41,638 nt of DNA, from positions 38,962 through 80,599 of the forward strand of contig JAEUQT010000003.1 of NCBI GenBank assembly GCA_016789445.1, given 5' to 3'. The position numbers and the translations under genes are program-made. Source of the stretch: a bacterium. GTDB lineage: Bacteria > Patescibacteriota > Minisyncoccia > Phycocordibacterales > UBA2100. Under the pieces are notes generated by a model. That model was not told the origin of the DNA. It worked only from the letters and a program-made list of their open reading frames with translations, and ran no database searches. This document shows, piece by piece, positions 1 to 9,268 of the stretch (its first letter is position 1; each line of letters opens with the position of its first letter).

Positions 1-789
1 TTCTCGATCGGTGCGGAGTGCATAGGAAAAGAGGGTCGCGATGTCTTTGGCGGAGCCGAGTGCGCCTGCTTGCGTGATGCTCTCATCAAGTCCGCTCGGA
101 TTGAGGAAATAGGTCGACTCCATGCCGAGGTCCTTGGCGAGTTTATTCATGCGCCAGATGACCACCCGTTCTGCCGGTGCCTCAGGATATTTCGCACGGA
201 TGCCTTCTTCTGCTGCCTCAGCAAGCGCTTCCGCGGCGGTGTTCGAAGAGGCGATGAGGAGGTAATCGAGCAGTTCGCGCACCTTCCATTCCTCACCATA
301 GGTAAGCCCTCCTCCTCCCTTTTCGACGGCTGCTCGCGAGATCATTACGGTGCCATCCATCGGAAGGACTTCGGAAACCGCGAGTGCGAGCACGACCTTC
401 GTAATAGAGGCGAGCGGAAGCTGGGCGTCAGGATTCTTGGAATACAGCACGCGATCATTCGTGCCGTCGATGACGTAGACACCCTTCGCGGAAAGCTGGA
501 TTCCTTCAAATGCGTCCGGCTGCGTCGAATGTGCCGCCGCTACCTGTACTTGCGGCGTGGAGACATCAAACGGTGGCAGATACGCGGTCACGAGCGCCAT
601 GCCGGTGAGGATGCTTACCGCAAGGAAGGAGCCGCCGACGAGCATCTGGCGAAGCGGTGGCGCGGCAAGAAGGACCGGCTGGGTCGGCGTTGGTGTCTGC
701 ACTACCGGTTCCGGAGTCGGTGTTTCCGGAATGTAGTGCAGCTCAGGCTGCGTGTCCGCCTGCTGGTTCTGTTCCTGCTGTGGCTCCAT
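1..789 (-). CDS. D-alanyl-D-alanine carboxypeptidase-like serine peptidase (PBP5/S11-type), 3' end cut by window edge
   Basis: Not in the ORF track because it runs off the window. My reverse-strand translation from ATG 789 gives MEPQQEQ..., a TM helix (LVGGSFLAVSILTGMALV), then LPLASITKVV (SxxK) and IASSNTAAE (SxN). Start is uncertain: it overlaps the scpB 3' end by 47 nt, and an internal Met at 645 is possible. Confidence 0.7.
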   Translation of the reverse strand, partial: MEPQQEQNQQADTQPELHYIPETPTPEPVVQTPTPTQPVLLAAPPLRQMLVGGSFLAVSILTGMALVTAYLPPFDVSTPQVQVAAAHSTQPDAFEGIQLSAKGVYVIDGTNDRVLYSKNPDAQLPLASITKVVLALAVSEVLPMDGTVMISRAAVEKGGGGLTYGEEWKVRELLDYLLIASSNTAAEALAEAAEEGIRAKYPEAPAERVVIWRMNKLAKDLGMESTYFLNPSGLDESITQAGALGSAKDIATLFSYALRTDRE

Positions 790-1324
790 GATCGTTCAGT
801 CCTGCCTTGAATGCAGAGAGTTCGGGTGCGATTGTACCATATTCCGGCAGCTCTTCCCGGTTACCCACACCGAGATGTGCGAGCAGTTCCGTTGTCGTCC
901 GGTAGATATATTCGCGGCCATCCTCGGGATTTCCCGCGCGTTCGATAAGGCCACGGGTAAGAAGTGTGCGGATGGTGGATGAAGAATTCACGCCGCGGAT
1001 GTAGTCGATCTGCGCACGCGTCGACGGGCCCTCGTAGAGGAGGATCGCGAGGATTTCCAGTCCCGCTTCGCCGATGTTCTTCTCCTCATCTTCCTTGATG
1101 ACCTTTACGACAGCGTCACGTGCTTCCGGCACGACCGCAAGTGAGACTTCCGTATCTGAGCGCACGATGCCGAGTCCGGTGCCCTCCAGTTTCTGGGCAA
1201 GTGCATCGAGATGCATCCGTATATCCCCTTCGCTCACGTCCAAAGACCGTGCGAGCGATTTATACGTGAGCGAACCGCCTTCCGAGAAAAGCAGCGCTTG
1301 GATCTGTTTGTGGAGTTCAGCCAT
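743..1324 (-). CDS. scpB: Segregation and condensation protein B
   Basis: 193-aa ORF with typical ScpB winged-helix repeats (EGGSLTYKSLARSL..., GPSTRAQIDYIRGVNSSSTIRTLLTRGLIER). Overlaps scpA by 8 nt. Confidence 0.9.
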   Translation of the reverse strand: MAELHKQIQALLFSEGGSLTYKSLARSLDVSEGDIRMHLDALAQKLEGTGLGIVRSDTEVSLAVVPEARDAVVKVIKEDEEKNIGEAGLEILAILLYEGPSTRAQIDYIRGVNSSSTIRTLLTRGLIERAGNPEDGREYIYRTTTELLAHLGVGNREELPEYGTIAPELSAFKAGLNDHGATAGTEPAGGHAA

Positions 1325-2063
1325 AGCGTGGGAGACCTTCGACTTCGTCTGATTCGATCAGTATATCGCTGAAAAGCCGATCCTGCGTCACGGAAACGGA
1401 GCCGTGACGTACCAGCTCCAAGACGGCGAGGAAGTGGACGATCTTGTCAACGCGCGACGCGCCACGGGATATCTCGCTCCAGCGGGTGCGCGCTGCGGTC
1501 GCAAGTCGGTTTTTCAGATTCACGATCACATCTTCAAGTGCCAAGACCGGTGCAACGACGGCTTCACCGAGCTTGTTTACGCTCGGCAGCGAATTAAGGA
1601 GTTTCTGCGCGGCGCGGAGAATCGTCTCGCCCTTCGCCTCGCCCGGCGCGAAGGTGGCACGTTGCATGCCGATCGCTTTGGCGATATCCGGTGCGCGTCG
1701 TGCGAAAACATACGGATTCCTGCCCCAGACGCCGCGCAGCAGTTTTGTGGCCTTTCGTATGGCAGCGAGTCGTTGCAGGCGTCGCTCGAGTTCCTCGATC
1801 GAATGCTCTTCATCATCGGAAAGCTCGACTGTCGGCAAAAGCGAGCGGGATTTGATGAGGAGCAGTGTCGAGGCAACGAGAACGAATTGTGAGGTTTCGG
1901 AAAGCGGTAGTTCCGGAAGTTTTTCGACGTAGGCAAGATACGCGTCGCACACTTCGGCAAGTGAGACTTTCGAGACCGACATCTTGCGCTTCTCGATGAG
2001 ATCAAGCAGCGTCTCGAGCGGCCCGGCGAAATGCTCGGTTTCTATGGAGAATTCCGGAGACAT
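1317..2063 (-). CDS. scpA: Segregation and condensation protein A
   Basis: 248-aa ORF with an ScpA-like N-terminus (FAGPLETLLDLIEKRKMSVSKVSLAEVCDAYLAYV). TAGACT box 7 nt upstream of the ATG. Confidence 0.9.
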   Translation of the reverse strand: MSPEFSIETEHFAGPLETLLDLIEKRKMSVSKVSLAEVCDAYLAYVEKLPELPLSETSQFVLVASTLLLIKSRSLLPTVELSDDEEHSIEELERRLQRLAAIRKATKLLRGVWGRNPYVFARRAPDIAKAIGMQRATFAPGEAKGETILRAAQKLLNSLPSVNKLGEAVVAPVLALEDVIVNLKNRLATAARTRWSEISRGASRVDKIVHFLAVLELVRHGSVSVTQDRLFSDILIESDEVEGLPRYG

Positions 2064-2080
2064 TCCGGATAGTCTAGCAT

Positions 2081-3412
2081 CTATTCAGAAGAAAGACGGC
2101 CGTCGATTCGCGTCATATCGCGCGGGAATGCGGTCGATTCCTTGATATTCGCGAGCTCGAGCATGCGGCCGGTGAAGCGCTCCAATCCGGTCGAGCAGCC
2201 GCCGTGCGGCGGGATGCCGTATTTGAATGCCTGCAGATAGTATTCGAATTTCTCCGGATCCATGCCGCGCTCCCTGATGCGGGCGATGAGAGAGTCGTAG
2301 TTATGGATACGCTGCGCACCGCTGTTGATTTCGAGTCCACGGAACAGAAGATCGAATCCGCGTGAGAGCGGTGCCTCGGATGCATCTTCGTAGGTATAGA
2401 ATGCGCGCTTCTTCGTGGGAAAACGCGTGATGAATACGAAGTCGGAGCCGAATTTCGCCTTCGCGTATTCGCAGATCTGACGCTCGTCTTCCGGCGCCAT
2501 GTCATCAGTGTCCTCGATGGTGCGATTGTATTCCTTCGCGACGATTGCCTGTGCCTCCTGAAGCGTAAAGACCGGGAATTCGGCAGGCGCGAGCGGCACA
2601 TCTACCTTGAATGCCTTGAAAATGTCCGCATGCTTCTCCCTCACTGCCTTCACGACGTCCTGGATAGTCGTCTGCAGTTCTTTCATGACTTCGGTTTCGT
2701 CCTTGATGAACGCCATCTCGAAGTCCATCTGGGTGATCTCGGAAATATGACGCGTGGTCGCGCTCTTCTCCGCGCGGAAGACCTTTGCGATCGTGAATGC
2801 ACGCTCGAACGCGCCGGTCATGATCTGCTTGTAGAACTGCGGTGAAGTCGCGAGGTACGCAGCCTGCTCCTTGAAGTATTCGAGCTTGAAAACGGCTGCA
2901 CCGCCTTCGGCATCACCGCCGACGATCGCGGGAGCGACGAATTCCGTGAATCCGCGAGATTTAAGAGAATTGCGGTATTCATCGAGGATGCTCGCTTGAA
3001 GGGTGAAGATCTGGCGCGTGCGTTCGCTCTTGAGCGTAAGCGGAAGGTTGTCGAGGTGCGTGTCGAGATTGAGTTCGACATGCAGTTCGAACGGGAGCGT
3101 ATGCGCCGCATTTAAAATTTCGATGCCTTCGATCTGAAGTTCGATATCGCCATTCTGCTTCTCAGCCACGATGTTCTTCTCCGGTCGCTGGTTGACGATA
3201 CCGGTCATGGAAACCGCACTCTCCACGTTGGTCTCCTTCGCAACGGCAATCGCTTCAGATTTCGGCAATACCACCCCCTGGATGGTTCCCGAACGGTCGC
3301 GGATATCGAAAAAGACCATCTTTCCCTGATCGCGGCGTACGGAGACCCAGCCATTGATGGTTACCGTCTCGCCCACGTGGTTTTTGAGGTCCCCGATAAG
3401 TACGCGTGTCAT
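2081..3412 (-). CDS. aspS: Aspartate--tRNA ligase, archaeal/type-2-like class IIb (possibly non-discriminating)
   Basis: 443 aa. N-terminal OB fold, motif 2 FRAEKSATTRHISEITQMDFEMAF, motif 3 GGCSTGLERF. Size fits the short archaeal-type enzyme. AsnRS cannot be fully excluded by eye. Confidence 0.75.
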   Translation of the reverse strand: MTRVLIGDLKNHVGETVTINGWVSVRRDQGKMVFFDIRDRSGTIQGVVLPKSEAIAVAKETNVESAVSMTGIVNQRPEKNIVAEKQNGDIELQIEGIEILNAAHTLPFELHVELNLDTHLDNLPLTLKSERTRQIFTLQASILDEYRNSLKSRGFTEFVAPAIVGGDAEGGAAVFKLEYFKEQAAYLATSPQFYKQIMTGAFERAFTIAKVFRAEKSATTRHISEITQMDFEMAFIKDETEVMKELQTTIQDVVKAVREKHADIFKAFKVDVPLAPAEFPVFTLQEAQAIVAKEYNRTIEDTDDMAPEDERQICEYAKAKFGSDFVFITRFPTKKRAFYTYEDASEAPLSRGFDLLFRGLEINSGAQRIHNYDSLIARIRERGMDPEKFEYYLQAFKYGIPPHGGCSTGLERFTGRMLELANIKESTAFPRDMTRIDGRLSSE

Positions 3413-3414
3413 AT

Positions 3415-4350
3415 CTACAGTGAGACGCCGACTTTAGCACGGATCTCCTTCATTTTGGAAGCCGCTTTCTCACGGGCCTTTGTGGAACCTTCATCCAGTA
3501 CTTTCTTGACTTCTTCGTCAGATATGGCGTTACGCTTCTCGCGCATCGGGGCGATGAACGCCTCAAGATCCTCGATAAGCGCATCCTTGAGTGCCTTGTA
3601 CTTGCCCTTATTCGCCTCGTAGAGTGGCGCAAGCTCGGCTTCCGTCTTCAGGAGCTTGTGGATCGCATAGACGTTCTCCGGCCTATCCCCCGCTGAATCG
3701 GTCACGATACTCATCACCGCCTTGGTGATCTCGTCTTTCGTACCGAAAAGCGGAATGGTATTGCCGTAGCTCTTCGACATCTTCTTACCATCGGTTCCGG
3801 GAACAATGGCGACTGATTTCTGGATCAATTCCTTCGGTTCTTTGAGTGTTTCGCCGAATGCGATGTTGAACTTCGAAGCTGCCTCGCGCGCATATTCGAG
3901 ATGCTGACGCTGATCTTCACCTACCGGTACGACATCAGTGTCGTAAAGGAGGATATCCGCCGCCATCAGCATCGGATACGTGAAAAGTCCGGCATTCGGT
4001 TCAAGTCCTTTCGCTACTTTGTCTTTGTACGCGTGACCGAGTTCCAAGAAGGATACGCTGACGAGACATTCCAAAATCCAAGCGAGCTCCGTGTGTTCCT
4101 GCACCTGCGATTGCTGGAAGATGGTCGCCTTCGAGGGATCGATGCCGACGGCGAGATAGTCGCGGACGACGTTGCGGATGTTGGTACGCAGTTCATCGCC
4201 GTTCTTGAGCGAGGTGAGTGCGTGATAGTCGACCACCATGAGGTAGCTTTCGTAGCTGCCGTACATGTCCGCAAACGGTTTGAGTGCGCCGAAGTAATTA
4301 CCGATGTGGAGTGCACCAGAGGGTTGAAGGCCTGTCAAAAGGCGTTGCAT
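3415..4350 (-). CDS. trpS: Tryptophan--tRNA ligase
   Basis: MQRLLTGLQPSGALHIGNY (HIGH-like) and KMSKS present. The ORF extends to a GTG at 4386, but ATG 4350 gives the canonical N-terminus and has TATCAT 7 nt upstream. Confidence 0.9.
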   Translation of the reverse strand: MQRLLTGLQPSGALHIGNYFGALKPFADMYGSYESYLMVVDYHALTSLKNGDELRTNIRNVVRDYLAVGIDPSKATIFQQSQVQEHTELAWILECLVSVSFLELGHAYKDKVAKGLEPNAGLFTYPMLMAADILLYDTDVVPVGEDQRQHLEYAREAASKFNIAFGETLKEPKELIQKSVAIVPGTDGKKMSKSYGNTIPLFGTKDEITKAVMSIVTDSAGDRPENVYAIHKLLKTEAELAPLYEANKGKYKALKDALIEDLEAFIAPMREKRNAISDEEVKKVLDEGSTKAREKAASKMKEIRAKVGVSL

Positions 4351-4389
4351 GGTCGCCATGATAGCAGGAAAAGCGCTACCGTTCACCTC

Positions 4390-6186
4390 TTACGCAGGTA
4401 TCTCGACGATGAATTCCGACCCCGTGCCTTTGCCCTTCGAAACGGCCCAGATCTTGCCGCCGTGGGCTTCGGTGACCTGCTTCGCGATAAAGAGGCCGTA
4501 GCCGGTCGAATCCGCATTCACTTTCGTCGATTCCTTGCCGTGTCCGCCTTCGGTAAAGAGGTTCTTCATATCCTCCTTCGTGATACCGACGCCGGTATCC
4601 TTTACGGAGAAGTGAATTGTCTGTGCATTCCGTGAAAGACTCACATGGATGCCGCCTTGTAATGTGTAATGGATGGAATTATCTATGAGATTACGGATGA
4701 CGTGGCGTCTGATTTTCGCTTCATCGCCTGTGAGTTTGTAATCTCCCGATGCTGCAGAGAAATCCAATGTGATGTTCTTCTTTTGCGCTGCTGGAAGCAG
4801 ATCGTGTACCACTTCTTCGATGCTTGCCTTCAGATCAAACGGTTTTTTGTCGTACGCAACGGTTCCTTTGCGGAGATTCGATGCATCGAGGATGTCAGCG
4901 ACCATGTCGACCCCTTTTCGCATATCGGCAAGACCGTTTTCGGCCATGCTGTGGAGCTGCGGGCTTACCTGACCATAATCACCCTGCATGATTCCCGCGA
5001 ATGCGCCCTGGCTCTTGGCGAGATATCCCTTCACTTCGTGGCTGATGAAGGCGAGCAGGCTTTCCTGCTGTCGGTTGATGACTTTGAGTTCGCGTTCTTG
5101 TTTTTCGATGAGCTCCCGCTGCTCGATTTCCCTACGGACGCTGCGGACCAAGAGGCCTCCCATAAGTGCGAAGAAAAGAAGCGTCATGCCGATAACCGGT
5201 CGGGCACTTTCGATGGTCTCGAGAAGGAGTACGGAGAACAGGAGTATCCAGAGGCTTACGACCAATGCGGTCGTCGCGATGACGCGGACCTCGAATGCCT
5301 GGAACTGCACGATAAGATACGTGATGGCGCCGAGGAAGATCGGCATTCCGAAGAGGCCGTATTGTGCGACCGCCCAGTCTTCAGACAGGCTTCCGATGAT
5401 GTTGCCCCATGAGAACGCAAGCAGGAAGAGCGTGAGTCCTGCTCCTAGTGAGAATATCTGTACGCGTCGTTCACCGCTTTCCGCCTGGATGATGCTGCGT
5501 GTGCCGAACACGATCATTCCGATCACAATAAGAAGCTCAACCAGATACACGTAGTACCACAAAACACCCTCAAGGGCTTCGCGGTCGCAGTTAGTGTAAT
5601 CAAAACCGGTGAGATTCAATGCGGTGGGTGCAAGCACTATGACGGGCGCCAAGAGGGCTGCCGCGAATGACTTCCACGTATCCGGCACATCATCCCCGCG
5701 AACGAATACATACAAGAGATATGCGGCGCTCAGATATATCAGGAGGTCGAGATATATCTGCGCCGACCAGAAGAACATGATGATGTCGGGATTCGCATCA
5801 GCCCAGAGTATGAGATCGAACGCCGACCATGCGATGAAGGACAGCGAGAGGAATATGAATATCTTATTGAGCAGCTGCTGCCCATGTCCTTGTCGCCAAA
5901 TAAGCAAGGCTAAGATCGCACAGGCGACCATCGGGAATACGTGCGAGTAATAGATGAGCGGCGAGAATACGTTGTCGGAGACGAAAAGAAGCGGGGCGGT
6001 ATCCCAATCGCACTGCCGTGCATCCGCGGCTATTGCAGGTGCTGCCTGGCGTGCGTTGACTGTCTCGGTCTCGCTGACGAAGACCGGATAACTATCCGAG
6101 GCAACGTACTTATAGAAAAGCGCGCCGACGGAGAGTACGACGCCGATAATGACGAGACGAGCGAGCGTTGTGCTTCGCGACTCCAT
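4390..6186 (-). CDS. Sensor histidine kinase with large polytopic N-terminal membrane domain (no adjacent response regulator)
   Basis: H-box FISHEVKGYL; N, G1 and G2 boxes (IRNLIDNSIHYT, DTGVGI, GYGLFIAKQVTEAHGG). About 9-10 hydrophobic helices at the N-terminus. I start at MESRSTT (6186); the track ORF extension to 6375 overlaps the SET gene. Confidence 0.85.
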   Translation of the reverse strand: MESRSTTLARLVIIGVVLSVGALFYKYVASDSYPVFVSETETVNARQAAPAIAADARQCDWDTAPLLFVSDNVFSPLIYYSHVFPMVACAILALLIWRQGHGQQLLNKIFIFLSLSFIAWSAFDLILWADANPDIIMFFWSAQIYLDLLIYLSAAYLLYVFVRGDDVPDTWKSFAAALLAPVIVLAPTALNLTGFDYTNCDREALEGVLWYYVYLVELLIVIGMIVFGTRSIIQAESGERRVQIFSLGAGLTLFLLAFSWGNIIGSLSEDWAVAQYGLFGMPIFLGAITYLIVQFQAFEVRVIATTALVVSLWILLFSVLLLETIESARPVIGMTLLFFALMGGLLVRSVRREIEQRELIEKQERELKVINRQQESLLAFISHEVKGYLAKSQGAFAGIMQGDYGQVSPQLHSMAENGLADMRKGVDMVADILDASNLRKGTVAYDKKPFDLKASIEEVVHDLLPAAQKKNITLDFSAASGDYKLTGDEAKIRRHVIRNLIDNSIHYTLQGGIHVSLSRNAQTIHFSVKDTGVGITKEDMKNLFTEGGHGKESTKVNADSTGYGLFIAKQVTEAHGGKIWAVSKGKGTGSEFIVEIPA

Positions 6187-6199
6187 GACAATCAGCGTA

Positions 6200-6727
6200 T
6201 CACGCCTTCGGTGCGCGTTTGACGCCTTTCCCCTGTTTGCGCATGCGGGTGTGGATGTGGTTGCGGATGTATGCGCGCTGGAAGTACCGCGGTACGTACG
6301 GCATGTGCTTGCGGAATACATCCTCAGGTACGGTATAGATGGCGCGGATATCCTTGCGACAGGTCTTTGCTCCACAGTGACAGGTGATGCTCCAGTACGG
6401 ATCAGCGTCGGTCATCGAATAGTCGATGGTGATCTCACCTCCTTCCGGTATATCCTCCAGCGCAACCACCGTCTTTGTCCCGGTAATCGCGGCGCTTGGT
6501 TCGCAGGAATGATTGATGTAACGGAACGGCGTCCCCTCGGTATTGATCCATGAGAATTTACCGGTACCGATCCAATGTTCGATTTCACGGGAGTCTCGCT
6601 CGCTCTTGGTAACCTTCTTTTCACGCTTACCGTTGATGTATTGGATCTTCTCCCCCTTCTTGATCGGTTCGTCGGCGAAAAGGCCTTTGCCATGTATGCC
6701 GCTTTCGCGAACCGAAATCTTCTTCAT
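6200..6727 (-). CDS. SET-domain protein (putative protein-lysine methyltransferase)
   Basis: GIHGKGLFA..., FRYINHSCEPS, EITIDYS, and a post-SET-like CHCGAKTCR. TATAGT box 8 nt upstream of the ATG. Confidence 0.85.
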   Translation of the reverse strand: MKKISVRESGIHGKGLFADEPIKKGEKIQYINGKREKKVTKSERDSREIEHWIGTGKFSWINTEGTPFRYINHSCEPSAAITGTKTVVALEDIPEGGEITIDYSMTDADPYWSITCHCGAKTCRKDIRAIYTVPEDVFRKHMPYVPRYFQRAYIRNHIHTRMRKQGKGVKRAPKA

Positions 6728-6761
6728 AACGACAAACTATACCGGACCATAATTTTCCAGC

Positions 6762-6798
6762 AAATAGAAAACAGCCGTATCCAACGGATACGGCTGTT
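6762..6798 (-). terminator. Intrinsic terminator downstream of the 6803..7513 gene
   Basis: 13-bp stem AACAGCCGTATCC/GGATACGGCTGTT with a 3-nt loop, followed on the minus strand by TTTTCTATTT. Confidence 0.7.
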
Positions 6799-6802
6799 GA
6801 GT

Positions 6803-7513
6803 TTATGCGACAACGCGTCGCATCGAGCTTCGCGCCAAGACAGCGACGAGCCCGTGCAGAATTGTGCAGAGTACCGGATAGATCATCAGTTCCGTGAGCA
6901 TCGTGCCTTCGCTTTGGAGGGTCGCGATGCCCAGCGTGATGTAGGACAGTGTCCACACCGTCCATGCGGGCGCGTATTCTTCGCTCGGATTCCTGAACGT
7001 TGCGATTATGAGCGGCGCGAACGCCGTCACGGTCGTCATGTTCGAGAAAATGAGGAAGAGATGTGCGGCCTCTTCCCTATCGGCCTCGGTGAATGTCTCG
7101 ATGAGTCCATAGGTGGCGATACACCATGCGCTTACATAGGCGATCGTGAGCAGGATGTCGAGGATGAACGCAATGCGATCCTCCCATGCATCCGGCCACC
7201 GCAGCGTTCCTCGCCGCCAGCAGATGAGCGCAACCCAGATACTGAGAAGCGCACAGGCGATCGGTGTAAGCAGCAGGTACCACTCTGCGTCCTTATCGAA
7301 CTCGAGAACCGTGAGGAGTGTCGTGCCGTACGCGAACATGAACCACGTCGATGGGTTCGGATCGAATCCATCGACGAGCGCATGGCGGATATATATCCAA
7401 TACCCGAGGATCATGAGAGCGCTTGAGATGTATCCGAGACGGATAGCATCGAGAGCGAGTACATGATCCGAGAAAAGACGCAGCGTCAGCTGCATCGTCT
7501 CCAGTCCACTCAT
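6803..7513 (-). CDS. Polytopic membrane protein, unknown function
   Basis: 236 aa with about 7 hydrophobic helices. Two similar half-motifs (DPNPSTWFMF / NPSEEYAPAWTVW) hint at an internal duplication. GGGAG Shine-Dalgarno 6 nt before the ATG. Confidence 0.6.
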   Translation of the reverse strand: MSGLETMQLTLRLFSDHVLALDAIRLGYISSALMILGYWIYIRHALVDGFDPNPSTWFMFAYGTTLLTVLEFDKDAEWYLLLTPIACALLSIWVALICWRRGTLRWPDAWEDRIAFILDILLTIAYVSAWCIATYGLIETFTEADREEAAHLFLIFSNMTTVTAFAPLIIATFRNPSEEYAPAWTVWTLSYITLGIATLQSEGTMLTELMIYPVLCTILHGLVAVLARSSMRRVVA

Positions 7514-7598
7514 CGGTTATCTCCCTCGTTGAAATGAACCTGTGTCCGCGAAATGCGGACCTAGGGAAAGTATATCACATTATTGAGTTTTTGTCCAG

Positions 7599-8093
7599 TT
7601 ATCCCCGTGCGAATGCGAGGGCTGCGTAGGAGCCTATGAGCCAGATAAGGCGGTATTGCTCGCTGAAAACAGCCTGGATCTTGGGACTGAGCTGCCAGAT
7701 CTCGCTTGTCATAGGCAACTGCAGCCAGACGACGATAAGTACCGCGGTTGCAGCGCCGCCTGCAAGCAGTGCCTGGATCGGCTCTCCGGTTCCACTTTCT
7801 ATGTATTCAAGTGCAATGCGACGAACGATGAGGTAGGTGATGAAGGCGATCGCGCCGAAGGTGGCGAGCTGCATATTTGGAGATGCGTTCAGTACTGAAA
7901 CTGCACCAAGGCCGACGGTTGATGGCACGAGCGCATACAACAGTGTCGACATCGGAAGCGCGAGCGAGATCGCACAGGCGCGGCCGATGCCGCTGCGCAG
8001 CGAATCAAGTGCGATAAGGAGAAGGAATCCGCCGAGCGCGAACCAATCATACGGGACTCCGGTAAAAGCCCCCGTTACCGAACTCACATCCAT
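7599..8093 (-). CDS. Small polytopic membrane protein, unknown function
   Basis: Hydrophobic ORF. I prefer ATG 8093 (MDVSSVTG...), which has TATACT 6 nt upstream. The track ORF starts at a TTG at 8144 abutting the dnaJ stop. Confidence 0.5.
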   Translation of the reverse strand: MDVSSVTGAFTGVPYDWFALGGFLLLIALDSLRSGIGRACAISLALPMSTLLYALVPSTVGLGAVSVLNASPNMQLATFGAIAFITYLIVRRIALEYIESGTGEPIQALLAGGAATAVLIVVWLQLPMTSEIWQLSPKIQAVFSEQYRLIWLIGSYAALAFARG

Positions 8094-8144
8094 CAAATAA
8101 GTATATCGCGCCCGTTCACACGCGGATGGAACGAGCGTGAACAA

Positions 8145-9203
8145 CTAGATTCCCTCTTTACGGAGCTGCTCGATCGCCTCTTTCGCTTTCTTGGAGAGCT
8201 TCTTCGGGAATTCGATATCAACGCGCACCAGAAGATCGCCACGCCCACCGCGATGCGAAGGTACGCCCTTGCCGCGGATGCGGAGGAATTCGCCCTGACT
8301 TACGCCTTGCGGGATCGCGAGCGTCGTTTCGCCGTCGAGCGTCTGGATGCGGTATTCGGAGCCGAGGAGCGCATCGGAGAGCTTGATGGAAAGCGCGGTG
8401 ACAAGATTCATGCCGTCGCGGGTGAAAAGCTTGTCCTGACGGACATGGATCTTCACGTAGAGATCCCCTGCAGGGACTCCGGTAGCCGCTTCGCCGCGGC
8501 CCGGCATGCGGATCATCTCGCCGTTTTCCGCTCCTGCAGGAATGACGACGTGTACCTCTTCCTGCTTCTTGAGTACGCCCTCGCCGTGACACGCGGTGCA
8601 GGTTTCCTTCGGGACTTCGCCGCGGCCTTTGCAGGTCGGACAGCTGCGCGCAGAGGTAAAGGTGCCGAAGAAGGTATTGCGGCTTTCCTTTATCTGACCC
8701 TTTCCGTTGCACGCCGCACACGTGACGGTGCCGGAGCCCTTCTTGGCGCCGGTGCCGGAGCATGTATCACACTGGCCGAGTTTCGAGATAAGGATGCGGC
8801 GTTCGGTGCCGAAGATGGCATCACGGAACGGGATCTCGACATCGATCGAGATGTCGCGACCGCGGCGCGTACGGCGTCCGCCACCACCGAAGACATCGCT
8901 GAAGATATCCCCGAGATCGAATTCGACGCCGCCGTTCTGGAATCCTTCAAAGCCGGCGAAATTCGAGAAATCAAAACCTCCTGCGGATGCGCCACCGGAG
9001 AATGTCCTGCCGTAGGTATCGTATTCGGCGCGCTTCTTCCTATCGGAGAGTACTGCGTACGCCTCGCTCGCTTCCTTGAACTTCGCTTCGTCACCTCCTT
9101 TCTTATCAGGGTGATACTTGTGTGCCAGCGTGCGGAACGCCTTCTTGATCTCCTCTTCGCTTGCTGATTTCGAAACGCCGAGGATCGAGTAGTAATCTTT
9201 CAT
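8145..9203 (-). CDS. dnaJ: Chaperone DnaJ
   Basis: J domain (KDYYSILGV...HPDK), G/F region, and four CxxCxGxG zinc-finger repeats. Start MKDYY at 9203. Confidence 0.95.
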   Translation of the reverse strand: MKDYYSILGVSKSASEEEIKKAFRTLAHKYHPDKKGGDEAKFKEASEAYAVLSDRKKRAEYDTYGRTFSGGASAGGFDFSNFAGFEGFQNGGVEFDLGDIFSDVFGGGGRRTRRGRDISIDVEIPFRDAIFGTERRILISKLGQCDTCSGTGAKKGSGTVTCAACNGKGQIKESRNTFFGTFTSARSCPTCKGRGEVPKETCTACHGEGVLKKQEEVHVVIPAGAENGEMIRMPGRGEAATGVPAGDLYVKIHVRQDKLFTRDGMNLVTALSIKLSDALLGSEYRIQTLDGETTLAIPQGVSQGEFLRIRGKGVPSHRGGRGDLLVRVDIEFPKKLSKKAKEAIEQLRKEGI

Positions 9204-9210
9204 GCGGTGC

Positions 9211-9216
9211 ATTATA
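9211..9216 (-). promoter_or_regulatory. -10-like TATAAT box 7 nt upstream of dnaJ ATG (leaderless-type)
   Basis: Reverse strand reads gcTATAATgcaccgcATG. Confidence 0.5.
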
Positions 9217-9268
9217 GCCGCGGTTACCAGCGCGGCAAGCGCTGCCGTTCATCTACTACGTTCGCTTG

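Noticed and set aside
70-810. Long ORFs antisense to, or out of frame with, confident genes. Examples: 70..810(+), 4669..5412(+), 6575..7426(+), 8253..9167(+), 13403..14098(+), 14041..14727(+), 20610..21362(+), 25829..26551(+), 29308..30315(+), 33243..34280(+), 36581..37339(+).
   Set aside because: Their translations are Arg/Ala/Gly/Cys-rich low-complexity strings with no recognisable motifs. Each is fully shadowed by a gene with strong family signatures on the other strand. This is typical of shadow ORFs in GC-rich DNA.
6187-6375. N-terminal extensions of track ORFs: HK to 6375, trpS to 4386, dnaJ to 9212, grpE to 11877, infA to 16010, dnaB from 30322, Fic-like from 34214, membrane gene to 38526, RRM gene to 39145.
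   Set aside because: - The extensions overlap neighbouring genes or structured repeats.
- They use non-ATG starts or lack homology-like sequence.
- The shorter starts give canonical N-termini and have a -10 box or SD correctly placed.
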